A stretch of DNA of 64,000 nt, from positions 1 to 64,000 of the IMG/VR virus record IMGVR_UViG_3300028048_000057, one strand, 5' to 3'. Below the pieces are notes generated by a model. It searched no databases. It saw only the letters and a list, made by a program, of their open reading frames with translations, and was not told where the DNA came from. The position numbers and the translations under genes were made by a program. Shown here in pieces: positions 48,093 to 58,040 of the stretch (its first letter is position 1; every line of letters begins with the position of its first letter). Origin of the DNA: a virus (Duplodnaviria; Caudoviricetes).

Positions 48093-50708
48093 ATGAATTG
48101 GAATGATTTTTTAGTAAAAGGATATAAAGAATTAGATAATGCCCACTTACATTTTAATGTTGAAGGTGGGACTTTTGAATTTGATAATGATAGAGATGCT
48201 AGACAAGGTGCAACAATCTTAGGAAGACTCTATGGTTTTGATAATGTCATTCAAAGTGGATGGAATGTTATAGTTTCTTTTCCTGATGATGTTGATGAAA
48301 ATTTAATTAAAAAGTTAACTGAAGATTTAATTGTAATTGAACCTTATGAGGCTAAGGAAAAGTTAGCAAATCTAAAGCATCAAATTGAAAATGAAGATAC
48401 ACCAGAGAACAAAGAATCTTTAATGACATTAATGGATATTTATTTATTTCAAACATATAAACCTTCAGATAAGGAAGAGTCCAATATTACAGATGCAGAA
48501 TGGGAAGAATATTCTAAATTTTTAAATAGTGAGAAAGAAAAATATCAAAAGCATCTTAAGGAATCTAATTCAGAAACAATAGAATTATACTATGATAAAC
48601 TACCTATCAAAACTAGGTATAAGGTATTTAATGCTACTGAAATATCTCCAGAAGAGTGGGACTATAAAGAAGGATATGATTCTTGGACTTATGAAGTAGA
48701 TAAAGATTATGTTATAGATGTCTTATATGATACTATATTAGATGAAAAAGAATTTGAAAATTATTCAGAAGAAGAATTAGTAAAATACATTAATGATAAT
48801 TTTGATGACTTATTGGATAAATATTACAAAGAGGTTTTAAAATATTTTGAAGATAGTGCCATTGAAGATTATGAAGAACATAAGCGTGATGAAGATGATT
48901 GGGATGATTATAGAGAATCTTTAAATGAAGATTTAAAATCTAAGTTAGAGAAAAAGTTATCTGAAGACATGGATAATTTACCAGGAGTCTATTATGTAGT
49001 TAAATCAGATATGACTAAAAAAGGATATGGTGCACTAAGAAATATTCTGTATAGAGATGTAAATAAAGAAAAGGCATTAAAGAATTTAAAATTACATAGA
49101 CAACTTAATAAGGATAACCAAAATGTAAAGGTGTTTTTAGTATATAATAATAAAATACTAGATGAAGATATTGAAGATAGAGAAAATACTATTTTACAAG
49201 TTGTTAAAGAACATGTTGATGAATTATTGTCTTCAATGAAAGATTCACCAGTAGTAAGAAAAAGAAAAGGATGGGAAGAATGTTCTTTTGGTTATAAATT
49301 ACCAAATAGAAATATTAATATTACATATGGTTATAAGAAAGATAATAAGGTATTATTTAAAGTTGAATTCTATTCATCAAAACCTAAATATCTTGTTGCA
49401 AGTCCACAATACTATTGGTTAGTTTATAATAAAGACACAAAAGATTTACATTTTATTGATGGCCTTCAAAATTTAGAATATGAAGGATTAGAAGAAGATA
49501 TTGAAAAACACGATACTTTAAATCCTAAATTATTTGATAATAATGAATTAAAACCAGAAGTAAAAGAAGCACTTTTAAAAGTAGTAGATGCTTTTGTAGA
49601 AGATTTAAAAGATAGTGAAATAGATATTAAAGTTAAAGATGTTGTTGTAATAGGAAGCAATGTAAATTATAATTATAATAAAGATAGTGATATTGATTTA
49701 CACATTATTGCAGATTCAGACATTTCTCAATATCCAGGTGAATTATTAACTTTATTGTACAGTGCATATAGAAGTATATTCAATAAAAATTATGATATTA
49801 CAATTAAAGGAATTCCATGTGAAGTATATGTTGAATTAGATGAATTACATGGAACTAGTAATGGTGTTTATTCACTATATAATGGTTGGTTAAAAGAACC
49901 AGAGCAAAAGAATATTCCAGATATTGATATGGATACTTTTAATAAATTATTTGATGAGTGGGAAGATAAGTATTTTGCATTGTTAGATGAGATAGGAATT
50001 ACTCCAGAAGAAATGCTTGCTCTAAACGAGAGAGAAGAAGATAAAGAAGCAAGTGAAAAGGTATATAATTTTATTGAAGATATTTATGACCTTAGAAAAG
50101 AATCAATTGCTCAAGAAGGTGAATTTGGTTTAGGTAATCTTGTATTTAAAGAATTTAGAAACCTTGGATACTTAGATGCTTTAAAACAATTAACTAAAAT
50201 TCTAAAGGGAAAAGAATTATCTTTAGAAAATATAAATGAAGATTTCTCACAAGATACTTTAGAATCTATATACAAATATACACTAGATAATGATGGTGGG
50301 ACTTTTGATTTAAGAAGTGGTAAAAGCCTTTCAGGAAATGATAGCATGAAAAATGTCTATAGTGTTGAATTCAAAAGTCATGATTGGAGAAAAAGAATAG
50401 GCCAAGTAGATAAACAAGAAGTATTAAATGCTATTGAATCATTATTAAGAAGTGATAGTGTTAAAGATGCAGATGCTATCGGTACTTGGAGTAGTGGAGA
50501 AAATGAAAGACCACAATCAAGTATAGGATTAAATAAAATCTTTAAAGATAGAGAAGAAGCAGAAAAATTTGCTTTAGACCATAATCAAAAGGCTATAGGT
50601 GAATTCAATAGTAATGGAGAATATGAAGAAACTATCTATAGAAAAGACTTTAAATATAAACCTCATAAAGAAGATGAGCCAAAAGAGCAAGACAAAGAAG
50701 AGAAATAA
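48093..50708 (+). CDS. Polyprotein with Pol-beta-superfamily nucleotidyltransferase domain
   Basis: VVIGSNVNYNY..DSDIDLHII and EVYVE; ESLNE 48915, EGLEE, ENINE linkers. Confidence 0.75.
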   Translation: MNWNDFLVKGYKELDNAHLHFNVEGGTFEFDNDRDARQGATILGRLYGFDNVIQSGWNVIVSFPDDVDENLIKKLTEDLIVIEPYEAKEKLANLKHQIENEDTPENKESLMTLMDIYLFQTYKPSDKEESNITDAEWEEYSKFLNSEKEKYQKHLKESNSETIELYYDKLPIKTRYKVFNATEISPEEWDYKEGYDSWTYEVDKDYVIDVLYDTILDEKEFENYSEEELVKYINDNFDDLLDKYYKEVLKYFEDSAIEDYEEHKRDEDDWDDYRESLNEDLKSKLEKKLSEDMDNLPGVYYVVKSDMTKKGYGALRNILYRDVNKEKALKNLKLHRQLNKDNQNVKVFLVYNNKILDEDIEDRENTILQVVKEHVDELLSSMKDSPVVRKRKGWEECSFGYKLPNRNINITYGYKKDNKVLFKVEFYSSKPKYLVASPQYYWLVYNKDTKDLHFIDGLQNLEYEGLEEDIEKHDTLNPKLFDNNELKPEVKEALLKVVDAFVEDLKDSEIDIKVKDVVVIGSNVNYNYNKDSDIDLHIIADSDISQYPGELLTLLYSAYRSIFNKNYDITIKGIPCEVYVELDELHGTSNGVYSLYNGWLKEPEQKNIPDIDMDTFNKLFDEWEDKYFALLDEIGITPEEMLALNEREEDKEASEKVYNFIEDIYDLRKESIAQEGEFGLGNLVFKEFRNLGYLDALKQLTKILKGKELSLENINEDFSQDTLESIYKYTLDNDGGTFDLRSGKSLSGNDSMKNVYSVEFKSHDWRKRIGQVDKQEVLNAIESLLRSDSVKDADAIGTWSSGENERPQSSIGLNKIFKDREEAEKFALDHNQKAIGEFNSNGEYEETIYRKDFKYKPHKEDEPKEQDKEEK

Positions 50709-50710
50709 CT

Positions 50711-50727
50711 TGCTAAATTTATTGATA
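50711..50727 (+). promoter_or_regulatory. Putative late promoter TGCTAAATTTATTGATA
   Basis: Extended motif upstream of 50761. Confidence 0.75.
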
Positions 50728-50760
50728 AAGTTATAATATAAATTAGGAGATTAGATAGAT

Positions 50761-51501
50761 ATGGCAATGAGTGTTAAAGACTTAGCCAAGTGGCTTAAAC
50801 AAGAAGTAGAATTCTTAAAAGAAAACCAAGATTATGTTGGTGGTTGGATTCAATTAGGTAATGGTCTTGCTGCAGTTGTTTTATGGACTCCAGGTTGGGG
50901 TGATGAAAAAAGAGATGATTGCATTCAAGCAGAAGATAACCCAGATTATGCATTGTGTGCAGGAATTAAAATCTACAATCCACATGATACACCAGATGGT
51001 TGGTTAATGCTTAGTGATAAAGAAGGAAATATTGTTACAGAAGAAAGTGGTATTTCACCAAAAGAAGATTATGAAGCAGAAGCAAAATGGTTATTAGATG
51101 ATTTTGCTAAAGTTGAAACTGTTGATTATGATGAAGATGGTGTTATTACAAGTGAAATTGAAGAACCTAAGAAAGAAGAAGAATCTTTAAAAGAATCAAA
51201 AGGTGATTATTTAGATTCTAAATATAAAAAGATTATTGGTGAATATTTTGATTACACAGGTGACTTTGAATTCTTAGATATTGTTGCTGATGTTATTTCA
51301 AGAATTGATGATTTTGGGGATGAAGAAGATATTTGGAGAGCCATTGATGATGCATTAATTTATAATGATGACCAATGGACCATTGCTCAATTCTATGCTT
51401 CAAGTCCTAGTGAATGTGATTGGGATTCCATTATTTCAGATTTTGATGGTGATATCCACTCAATTTGTGATTTAATTATTAGTTCAGGAGATGAAGAATA
51501 A
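50761..51501 (+). CDS. Two-domain acidic protein; C-domain Ocr-like
   Basis: ESLKE at 51181 separates domains; IWRAIDDALIYNDDQW. Confidence 0.6.
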   Translation: MAMSVKDLAKWLKQEVEFLKENQDYVGGWIQLGNGLAAVVLWTPGWGDEKRDDCIQAEDNPDYALCAGIKIYNPHDTPDGWLMLSDKEGNIVTEESGISPKEDYEAEAKWLLDDFAKVETVDYDEDGVITSEIEEPKKEEESLKESKGDYLDSKYKKIIGEYFDYTGDFEFLDIVADVISRIDDFGDEEDIWRAIDDALIYNDDQWTIAQFYASSPSECDWDSIISDFDGDIHSICDLIISSGDEE

Positions 51502-51878
51502 TGGCTAGAGAAAAACAAAGAATTTTTAAAGAATCACTTTCTCCTAAACTTCCTAATAAAAAAGTGAATGAAAGTGCTTCTAGTTTAGAAGAAGGTAAGA
51601 AACATCAATTTTTAGGTTTAATGGTTGGTAGAGATGCTTATGCTCCTACGGAAGTTGGAACCATGACAGTTGAAGAACTCATTGAAGAATTACAAACATA
51701 TGACATGAGTCTTAAAGTAGTCTTTGTCAATGATGGTGGATATACTTATGGAGGTATCTCTTCATCAGATATTAGGGAATTCTCATATGAAGATGATGAC
51801 GATGAGGATATTGAAGAATCTAAAGAAAAAGGTCACATGAAGTTTAAACCAGAGAGAAAACCTTCAATTAAAAAGTAA
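51501..51878 (+). CDS. Small protein with MTVxELIxxL domain flanked by xES sites
   Basis: TAATG coupling; FKESL, VNES, LEEG, IEES. Confidence 0.6.
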   Translation: MAREKQRIFKESLSPKLPNKKVNESASSLEEGKKHQFLGLMVGRDAYAPTEVGTMTVEELIEELQTYDMSLKVVFVNDGGYTYGGISSSDIREFSYEDDDDEDIEESKEKGHMKFKPERKPSIKK

Positions 51879-51896
51879 ATTAATTCAATAAATAAA

Positions 51897-51925
51897 AAGA
51901 GAGCCCATAAATATGGGTTTTTCTT
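51897..51925 (+). terminator. Intrinsic terminator
   Basis: AAGAGAGCCCATA-aa-TATGGGTTTTTCTT. Confidence 0.7.
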
Positions 51926-51941
51926 ATATATTAAGAATTAG

Positions 51942-51958
51942 TGCTAAATTTAATGATA
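51942..51958 (+). promoter_or_regulatory. Putative late promoter TGCTAAATTTAATGATA
   Basis: Extended motif upstream of the neck gene. Confidence 0.75.
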
Positions 51959-51990
51959 AAAATAAAGATTAATGTGAGGACTATCTATAG

Positions 51991-52701
51991 ATGAAATTAA
52001 GTGAATATATTGAGGATATCAAACTTGTACTCACAGGTGGAGTTTTAAGGTTAGAAATAAGTGATGACACTATTGGAAAGTTAATCTTAAAGGCCTTTTC
52101 TGAAGTTCAAAGATATATTGATGAAACAAGATTTATTCAAGTTCCTTATGCTTCTTGTATTGATTTAAAAGATTTTAAACATAGTTCTATCACAAATGTA
52201 TATAGAACTAAGGGAACAGGAATTGACACTTCTTCAGATATGAATGCTTTGAATGACCCTATGTATTTTCAAATGTGGGCTTCATATGGTTTTGGAGGAA
52301 TGTATAATTTAAATGAGTTCATATTGAATTATGGTGCTTTCAATACAATAGAACAAATTAGAAATACTCAAACAACAGACCTTAAATTTATTGAAGATAA
52401 ACAAGGTGATAAATTATATATCAACTCTTCAATAGATACACCAATAGAAATTGTAATAGAGTATGTTCCAAAATTTGATGATGTGGATGAAGTTAAGAGT
52501 GATTATTGGATTGATATTTTAAAAAGATTATCCTTAGCACATGTTAAAGCAACTTTAGGATATATAAGAACTAGAATGAAAGTTAATAATCAACCTTATA
52601 CTGATGATGGTGAAGAGATGAGAAGAGAAGGTTTAGAAGAAATTGCACAACTAGAAGAAACCTTAAGAGTGAATTCTCAACTCATATATCCAGTAGATTA
52701 G
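51991..52701 (+). CDS. Neck/head-completion protein (T4 gp13-like)
   Basis: YI...L.G....EI start and WI.....A..K..LG..R...DG....EG..E...LEE.L ending. Confidence 0.65.
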   Translation: MKLSEYIEDIKLVLTGGVLRLEISDDTIGKLILKAFSEVQRYIDETRFIQVPYASCIDLKDFKHSSITNVYRTKGTGIDTSSDMNALNDPMYFQMWASYGFGGMYNLNEFILNYGAFNTIEQIRNTQTTDLKFIEDKQGDKLYINSSIDTPIEIVIEYVPKFDDVDEVKSDYWIDILKRLSLAHVKATLGYIRTRMKVNNQPYTDDGEEMRREGLEEIAQLEETLRVNSQLIYPVD

Positions 52702-52748
52702 GTTGATGTATAATAAATAAGATGTTATAAATTAGGAGAATTTATAAA

Positions 52749-55535
52749 ATGAGTAAGATTGAAGAATTAAGAAAAGAACTTAACAATGCAAGGGATAGAC
52801 TTATTGCCAAAGGATGGAAATGGGATGGAGAAAGTGGAAATCTTATGGACATTAAGCCATTTGAAATTGCTTATCAAGAGGCTATTGAAAAAGTATTTCC
52901 AGATTATATTTGGTGGGAACTAACCAATTATTGGGATATCTTTGATGCTATGATGAGTGGAATTAATGATAAAGATATTATTGAGGAAATCATTAATCAC
53001 ATTGACCCAAGTGCTTTTGAGGAAGAGTTTGGTGAAATCAAAGAAGATGAAGATGGAGACCCTATTTTAGGAGAACCTCAAGAACATGAAATTGATGAAT
53101 TAGAAAAAGAAGATACCAAAGTAATTGCAAAATTAACAGAAGGTACAAGTAACTTCCCAGTAAGAAGTGATTTTGATTTACTTGTTTTCTATACTTTTGA
53201 TGAATTTTCAGACATGATTAGGTATAGTAGTGATTATCCTAATGAAGCATCTTTTGAAGATGATAATGGTAATGTTAATTATGAAGCATTTGAAAATGCA
53301 TGCCAAGAATTTGAAGACAAGATGTGGGAAGAAAATGAAGTTTGTGTTTTAGATGATGATGATATTGAAAGACTTAAAGATAAATTAGATGACTTTAATT
53401 TAGAAACCAAATCTATTTCAGATAGAAGATGGAATGATGAAGTTGGTGATGAAACATATGATGACCTATCTAATCTTGAAGATATTGAATTAAAGATTGA
53501 ACCAGGTTATTATGAAGCAGCATATATTGATGTTGATAATGAAAATTCAATTAAATATATGAGTAAAGAATTTGGTGAAGAACAAAGTGAAAGAATTGCT
53601 AAGTTCTTAGAAGAATTAAGAAAAGAATTTGGCTTAACAAAGTTAGGTCTTGCTTATGGTCCAGCAAGCAATGGTGAAACAGGATTTAAAATTATTAAAG
53701 AAGCAAAACCTGCAAATAAAGGTAAAAAGAAAGCAAGAATTATAGGAAATCCAGAAGCAGAAAAAACATTTTTTAATGTTGCTAATGGTACTTGTGAATC
53801 TTGCAAATTAAGTGAAGCAAAAGAAAAATCCTATGAAGAAATGTTTGATGAACTCATTGATGGAGTTGAATTTGAACTTGTAAAATATAGTGGTGAAGAT
53901 AGAAAATCCAAATCTACTTGGGATGATAAAGAATATGAAGGAGATTGGGGTTTAATTGATACCCAAGGTGCTAATTTAGGTGGCATTGAAGAAGAAAGAT
54001 TCAACAATGCTAAAGAAATCATTGATAGATTAAATGTTTATATTAGTGATTACTTCTTAGGTGGACAAGATGGTCTAGAAGTTAGTGAAGAACATCAAGA
54101 TGAATTAGATGATTGTTATACATATGAAGAAATGTTAGAATTCTTTAAGAAATATCCAGAAGAAGATGAAAATGGTTATCTTGTTGAATTATTAGACTTC
54201 ATTGTAAATCATGCTAAAGATGTTGATTTAGAAAAATGTACTTTTGAAGAATTCGGTGAAGATTCCAAAGGAAGTGAAGTTTGGGTTTTAAAATTCATTG
54301 ATAAAGATGGCAATCAAGTTAAAGAAATGGGAAAACCTATGGCTTTAGATTGCACAAAAGCATTAGCCCAAAAATTAGTTGATGCAATGAATAAGTATCC
54401 AGGAAGAGTGGGAATGACTCATGAGATTGAAAAGGCTCCTTATGCAGATTCAATGTCTTATGAAATCATTGATAGTGATGATGTAGAAGAATGGATTAGT
54501 AAGATTGAAGCAGAAGGAGAAGCCTCTAATGAATCTTTAAAAGAGGAAAAAGAACCAGAACTTCCAAAAGAAGTTACAATGGACATGGCTACTATGAATG
54601 ATTTAGATATTAACCCTTCTGAAACTGGTGGAGATGAATTAGATGAAATCATTGGTGATTGGTTAAGTGATGAATATGGATATTGTCATTTTGGTTTTGA
54701 ATATGATGTAGAAAATGACCACATCAATATTTATAACATTGAATGGGATACAAGTGAATCATTAAAAGAAAGTAGTGAAGAAGAAGTCAAAGCCCCTAAG
54801 TATGCTGATGACCTTGAAATTGAAATTGCAAATAAATTAGAAAAAGCATTTCCTCAATCTAAAGGTGTGCACGATAATGCTACAGATATAGTTATGGATA
54901 TTGTAGATTTTTATCAAACTTACTATGATGAAGGTAAAACTCAAGATGAGATTAGAGCAAAATTAATTGCTAAACTTCCTGACTATGGTGTTACACACAT
55001 GGGTATGGCTGGAAGAATTATTGATTTAGTCATAAAAGAATTTGGTATTGATAAATGGGATTGGTCAGAAGGACATCCTACAGAATCTCTTAAAGAAGAA
55101 GAAAAACCATTTGTTTGTCCAAGACCAGCAATGAAACACAAAAAGATTAAAGAAGCAAGAGAAGATAGTGTTGGTTGGTTTGAAAGTGTTAAATGTTATG
55201 GTGCTCCAGGTGATGAACCAAGTGAAGTTTATGAACCAGGACAAGGTGCTTATTGTTTAGTAGATGAAGATTGTTTCTTAGTGGATAGATTAGAAAAATA
55301 TGAAAGAGAAGCAATTTTAGACCAATTAATTAAAGGTGGTTCTCAATTTGCAATTGGTGATAATGAATATGAAATTGAATTTGCAGGTGATTGTGATTGG
55401 GATGAAGCATGGCCTCATATCTTAAGAATGTTTAAACAAGGCAAACTTAATGGAGTATTTAAATTAGATAAAAAACAAGAATGTAAAGAAGAAAAAACAA
55501 TTTCTTCTAAAATTATTAAAGCACATAGAAAATAA
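52749..55535 (+). CDS. Acidic multi-domain polyprotein
   Basis: ESLKE at 54531, 54756, 55083; discrete domains e.g. LIDTQGANLGGIE and IGDWLSDEYGYC. Confidence 0.7.
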   Translation: MSKIEELRKELNNARDRLIAKGWKWDGESGNLMDIKPFEIAYQEAIEKVFPDYIWWELTNYWDIFDAMMSGINDKDIIEEIINHIDPSAFEEEFGEIKEDEDGDPILGEPQEHEIDELEKEDTKVIAKLTEGTSNFPVRSDFDLLVFYTFDEFSDMIRYSSDYPNEASFEDDNGNVNYEAFENACQEFEDKMWEENEVCVLDDDDIERLKDKLDDFNLETKSISDRRWNDEVGDETYDDLSNLEDIELKIEPGYYEAAYIDVDNENSIKYMSKEFGEEQSERIAKFLEELRKEFGLTKLGLAYGPASNGETGFKIIKEAKPANKGKKKARIIGNPEAEKTFFNVANGTCESCKLSEAKEKSYEEMFDELIDGVEFELVKYSGEDRKSKSTWDDKEYEGDWGLIDTQGANLGGIEEERFNNAKEIIDRLNVYISDYFLGGQDGLEVSEEHQDELDDCYTYEEMLEFFKKYPEEDENGYLVELLDFIVNHAKDVDLEKCTFEEFGEDSKGSEVWVLKFIDKDGNQVKEMGKPMALDCTKALAQKLVDAMNKYPGRVGMTHEIEKAPYADSMSYEIIDSDDVEEWISKIEAEGEASNESLKEEKEPELPKEVTMDMATMNDLDINPSETGGDELDEIIGDWLSDEYGYCHFGFEYDVENDHINIYNIEWDTSESLKESSEEEVKAPKYADDLEIEIANKLEKAFPQSKGVHDNATDIVMDIVDFYQTYYDEGKTQDEIRAKLIAKLPDYGVTHMGMAGRIIDLVIKEFGIDKWDWSEGHPTESLKEEEKPFVCPRPAMKHKKIKEAREDSVGWFESVKCYGAPGDEPSEVYEPGQGAYCLVDEDCFLVDRLEKYEREAILDQLIKGGSQFAIGDNEYEIEFAGDCDWDEAWPHILRMFKQGKLNGVFKLDKKQECKEEKTISSKIIKAHRK

Positions 55536-55547
55536 GGAGATACTAAA

Positions 55548-57107
55548 ATGAATAAAATTATGATGGATGCTTTTAAAGCACTAGAAAATATTGATGATGA
55601 ATTAGTAGCCCCTAAGAGAATAGTTATTAACAAAGATAAGAAAGTTGTTAATGAATCTAAAAGTGGTAATGCCAAAAAAGTTATCAAAGAAGAAAAAATT
55701 GAGACTATAGATATCAGTGGTAAAGATATGTATGAGAGAGGTAAGGCATATTACTATGCTCATACAGGTGATGTTGTTGATATTGATGGTAAAAAATTTA
55801 GAATTGACCATAGAGAACATAAAATTGGTTATGGTGACACAATTGATTTAATTGATTTAGAAACTAAAGAATTAACTACAATTTCTAAGAAAGATTTCAT
55901 TGAGAAGGCAAAACTTTTAGATGAAAGTTGTAAAGTAGATGAAGCCCCTAAATATGACTTAGATACACAACATGATTCTAGAAAATCTTTCTATGGTAAA
56001 GCAAAAGTTGATGTTAAAGATAATGGTACCCAAGTTCTTTATTCTTATGGTACTCCAGTTTGTAGAATTGAAAATGGTAAAGTTACTCTTTTAAATAAAG
56101 GGTATTTAGGTTGGGCAAGTTCTCAAACAACTTTAAGACATGTTAAAGAATTCTTAAAACAAAATGGTTTTGAAGTTGCAAGTTTAAGAGAATTGGCAAA
56201 GATGTACCCTATTGAACAAGCAAGAGAAGATGAATCTTTAAAAGAAGCAGTAATCAATCTTAGCAAAGAAGAAGAAGTTGAAGCAGCAAAGAAAGTTTTA
56301 AATGATGAAAGTGCAGAAAAAGAATTAACAGTTGTTGATGTTGATGCAGATTCTATTGATAAACTTAAAACAGATTATATAGGTAATGCTATTTTAATTT
56401 GTCCTGTATGTAAAACTCCTATTTTCTTAAAACCTTCAGCATTAAAAAAGGAAGAAAATAGTGACAAATATAATAAAGAAATAGAATGCCCTCATTGTCA
56501 TGCTCAAGATGGATTTGATTTAGTTGCCCAAGCAGCAGAACTTACTCCAGAACAAGCAGAAAAAGAAGCAGAAAAAACAGAGTTAACAGGAAGAGAGTCT
56601 ACCTCAGAAGAAGAAACTAAAGAAGTTAAAGATGTTGATGTAAAAGTTGATATTGATTCTAATGAAGATGAAGAAAAGAAAGAAGAATCTTTAACTAGAA
56701 AATTTATGATTGAAGATATTGATGAAAATAGATTTGATAAACTTATTAATCAATATTTAATTTCAACTTACAATAATGTTGAAAGTTACTCTACTACTAG
56801 TGGTAAAGTAGATAATGATAATAATATTGTTGTTTTAGAAGGTGTCATTAAATATAAGAGTGGTAAAGAAAAACCAACTTCATTTAAATTTGAAGCAAAA
56901 TCATCTACAAGAAGTGGTAGGCTTAGATTTGTAGGTATTAATGAAACTTTAACAAAGTCAAGAAATGCTTTCTCCTTATTTGGAAGAGTTTCTAAGAGTG
57001 GTTGTTTAAGATGTGAATCTATGAATTACTCTTATGGGGTTAAAGTATTAAATGAAAGTAAACTAATTAAGGGAAGAGTTGAAATTAAAGAAAAGAAAAT
57101 GAAGTAA
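55548..57107 (+). CDS. Multi-domain virion-associated protein with Zn ribbon
   Basis: SFYGKA...LYSY...SQTTLRH domain; ESLKE 56232; CPVC...CPHC. Confidence 0.65.
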   Translation: MNKIMMDAFKALENIDDELVAPKRIVINKDKKVVNESKSGNAKKVIKEEKIETIDISGKDMYERGKAYYYAHTGDVVDIDGKKFRIDHREHKIGYGDTIDLIDLETKELTTISKKDFIEKAKLLDESCKVDEAPKYDLDTQHDSRKSFYGKAKVDVKDNGTQVLYSYGTPVCRIENGKVTLLNKGYLGWASSQTTLRHVKEFLKQNGFEVASLRELAKMYPIEQAREDESLKEAVINLSKEEEVEAAKKVLNDESAEKELTVVDVDADSIDKLKTDYIGNAILICPVCKTPIFLKPSALKKEENSDKYNKEIECPHCHAQDGFDLVAQAAELTPEQAEKEAEKTELTGRESTSEEETKEVKDVDVKVDIDSNEDEEKKEESLTRKFMIEDIDENRFDKLINQYLISTYNNVESYSTTSGKVDNDNNIVVLEGVIKYKSGKEKPTSFKFEAKSSTRSGRLRFVGINETLTKSRNAFSLFGRVSKSGCLRCESMNYSYGVKVLNESKLIKGRVEIKEKKMK

Positions 57108-57120
57108 GAGGTGATTATTT

Positions 57121-57624
57121 ATGGAAAATAAAGACACAGGCCTTTTACTAGATAAACAAAATATAGAACTTCAAAGATTTTATTTTGAGGAATTAGTAAG
57201 ACTTAAAGGAATTAATCTTATTTATAGAGCCCCTAGAGAAAACAAAGAATATGATGGCTATGGTGAATTAGATGCATTCTTTTATGACCCTATTGTAGTA
57301 GGATGTATCTATGATGAGCATCCTAATCAATGGACAATGAAAAAGTTAGGTTGGGCTAGTGAACTTCAAGAAGAAACCTCAATAGTTCATGTTCCTTACA
57401 ATACACCTAAGTTACAAAATGGTTCTTTGTTTATTGTACCTAGTGGTGTAGATAATGCAGAAGGTAGATTATTTAGAATCATAAAGATGAGTACTATTTG
57501 TATGTATCCAGCAAGTGTAGCATGTCAAATTGCTCCAGTGTGGAAAAATACATTTGAGAAATCTCAATTTGACCATTCAGATAATAACTTCAATTTATTA
57601 AAAGAAGATGAAGGTGAACAATAG
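57121..57624 (+). CDS. Head closure/neck protein (T4 gp14-like)
   Basis: Position and size; FEE...L.GI...Y..P pattern. Confidence 0.5.
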   Translation: MENKDTGLLLDKQNIELQRFYFEELVRLKGINLIYRAPRENKEYDGYGELDAFFYDPIVVGCIYDEHPNQWTMKKLGWASELQEETSIVHVPYNTPKLQNGSLFIVPSGVDNAEGRLFRIIKMSTICMYPASVACQIAPVWKNTFEKSQFDHSDNNFNLLKEDEGEQ

Positions 57625-58038
57625 ATGGTTCTATATATAAATAATTATCCCAAAGGACAAGATGATGAATTTGTATTAAAATGTATACCTTCTATTATTG
57701 CCTCTAGAATGTTATCAAATTGTTCTACAAAGAATACTAAAGCAATGGATAACTATTTAAATAAAATGTATGAAATGTCTACTTATGAAATAGTGGAAAA
57801 AGTAGGAAAACACATTAAGACTTCTTGGGTTAGTGACTTATGTCAAATTAGCATAGATACAAATGCACTTGAGGAGAAAAGTGGCCAAACAATCAAGTCT
57901 TTAATAAAATTAATTGATTATGGAAATATAGATGTTAAAGGGTTAAATATTTTTAAAGAATCACTTATGTTTATACAAGCATATATAAATTCAATTTATA
58001 GATTATATAGATATAGTAATGGAAGGAAGGAGAATTAA
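57625..58038 (+). CDS. Hypothetical virion morphogenesis protein
   Basis: LIDYGN motif; between neck and terminator genes. Confidence 0.5.
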   Translation: MVLYINNYPKGQDDEFVLKCIPSIIASRMLSNCSTKNTKAMDNYLNKMYEMSTYEIVEKVGKHIKTSWVSDLCQISIDTNALEEKSGQTIKSLIKLIDYGNIDVKGLNIFKESLMFIQAYINSIYRLYRYSNGRKEN

Positions 58039-58040
58039 TC

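Noticed and set aside
52703-52731. Possible sigma-A promoter TTGATG-17-TATAAA before 52749
   Set aside because: Three mismatches to consensus in very AT-rich DNA, and read-through from the 51942 late motif explains expression; not called without TSS data
34321-57107. ESLKE as a purely DNA-level repeat or insertion-element scar
   Set aside because: Synonymous codons vary among copies and all listed copies are in frame, so the constraint is on the peptide
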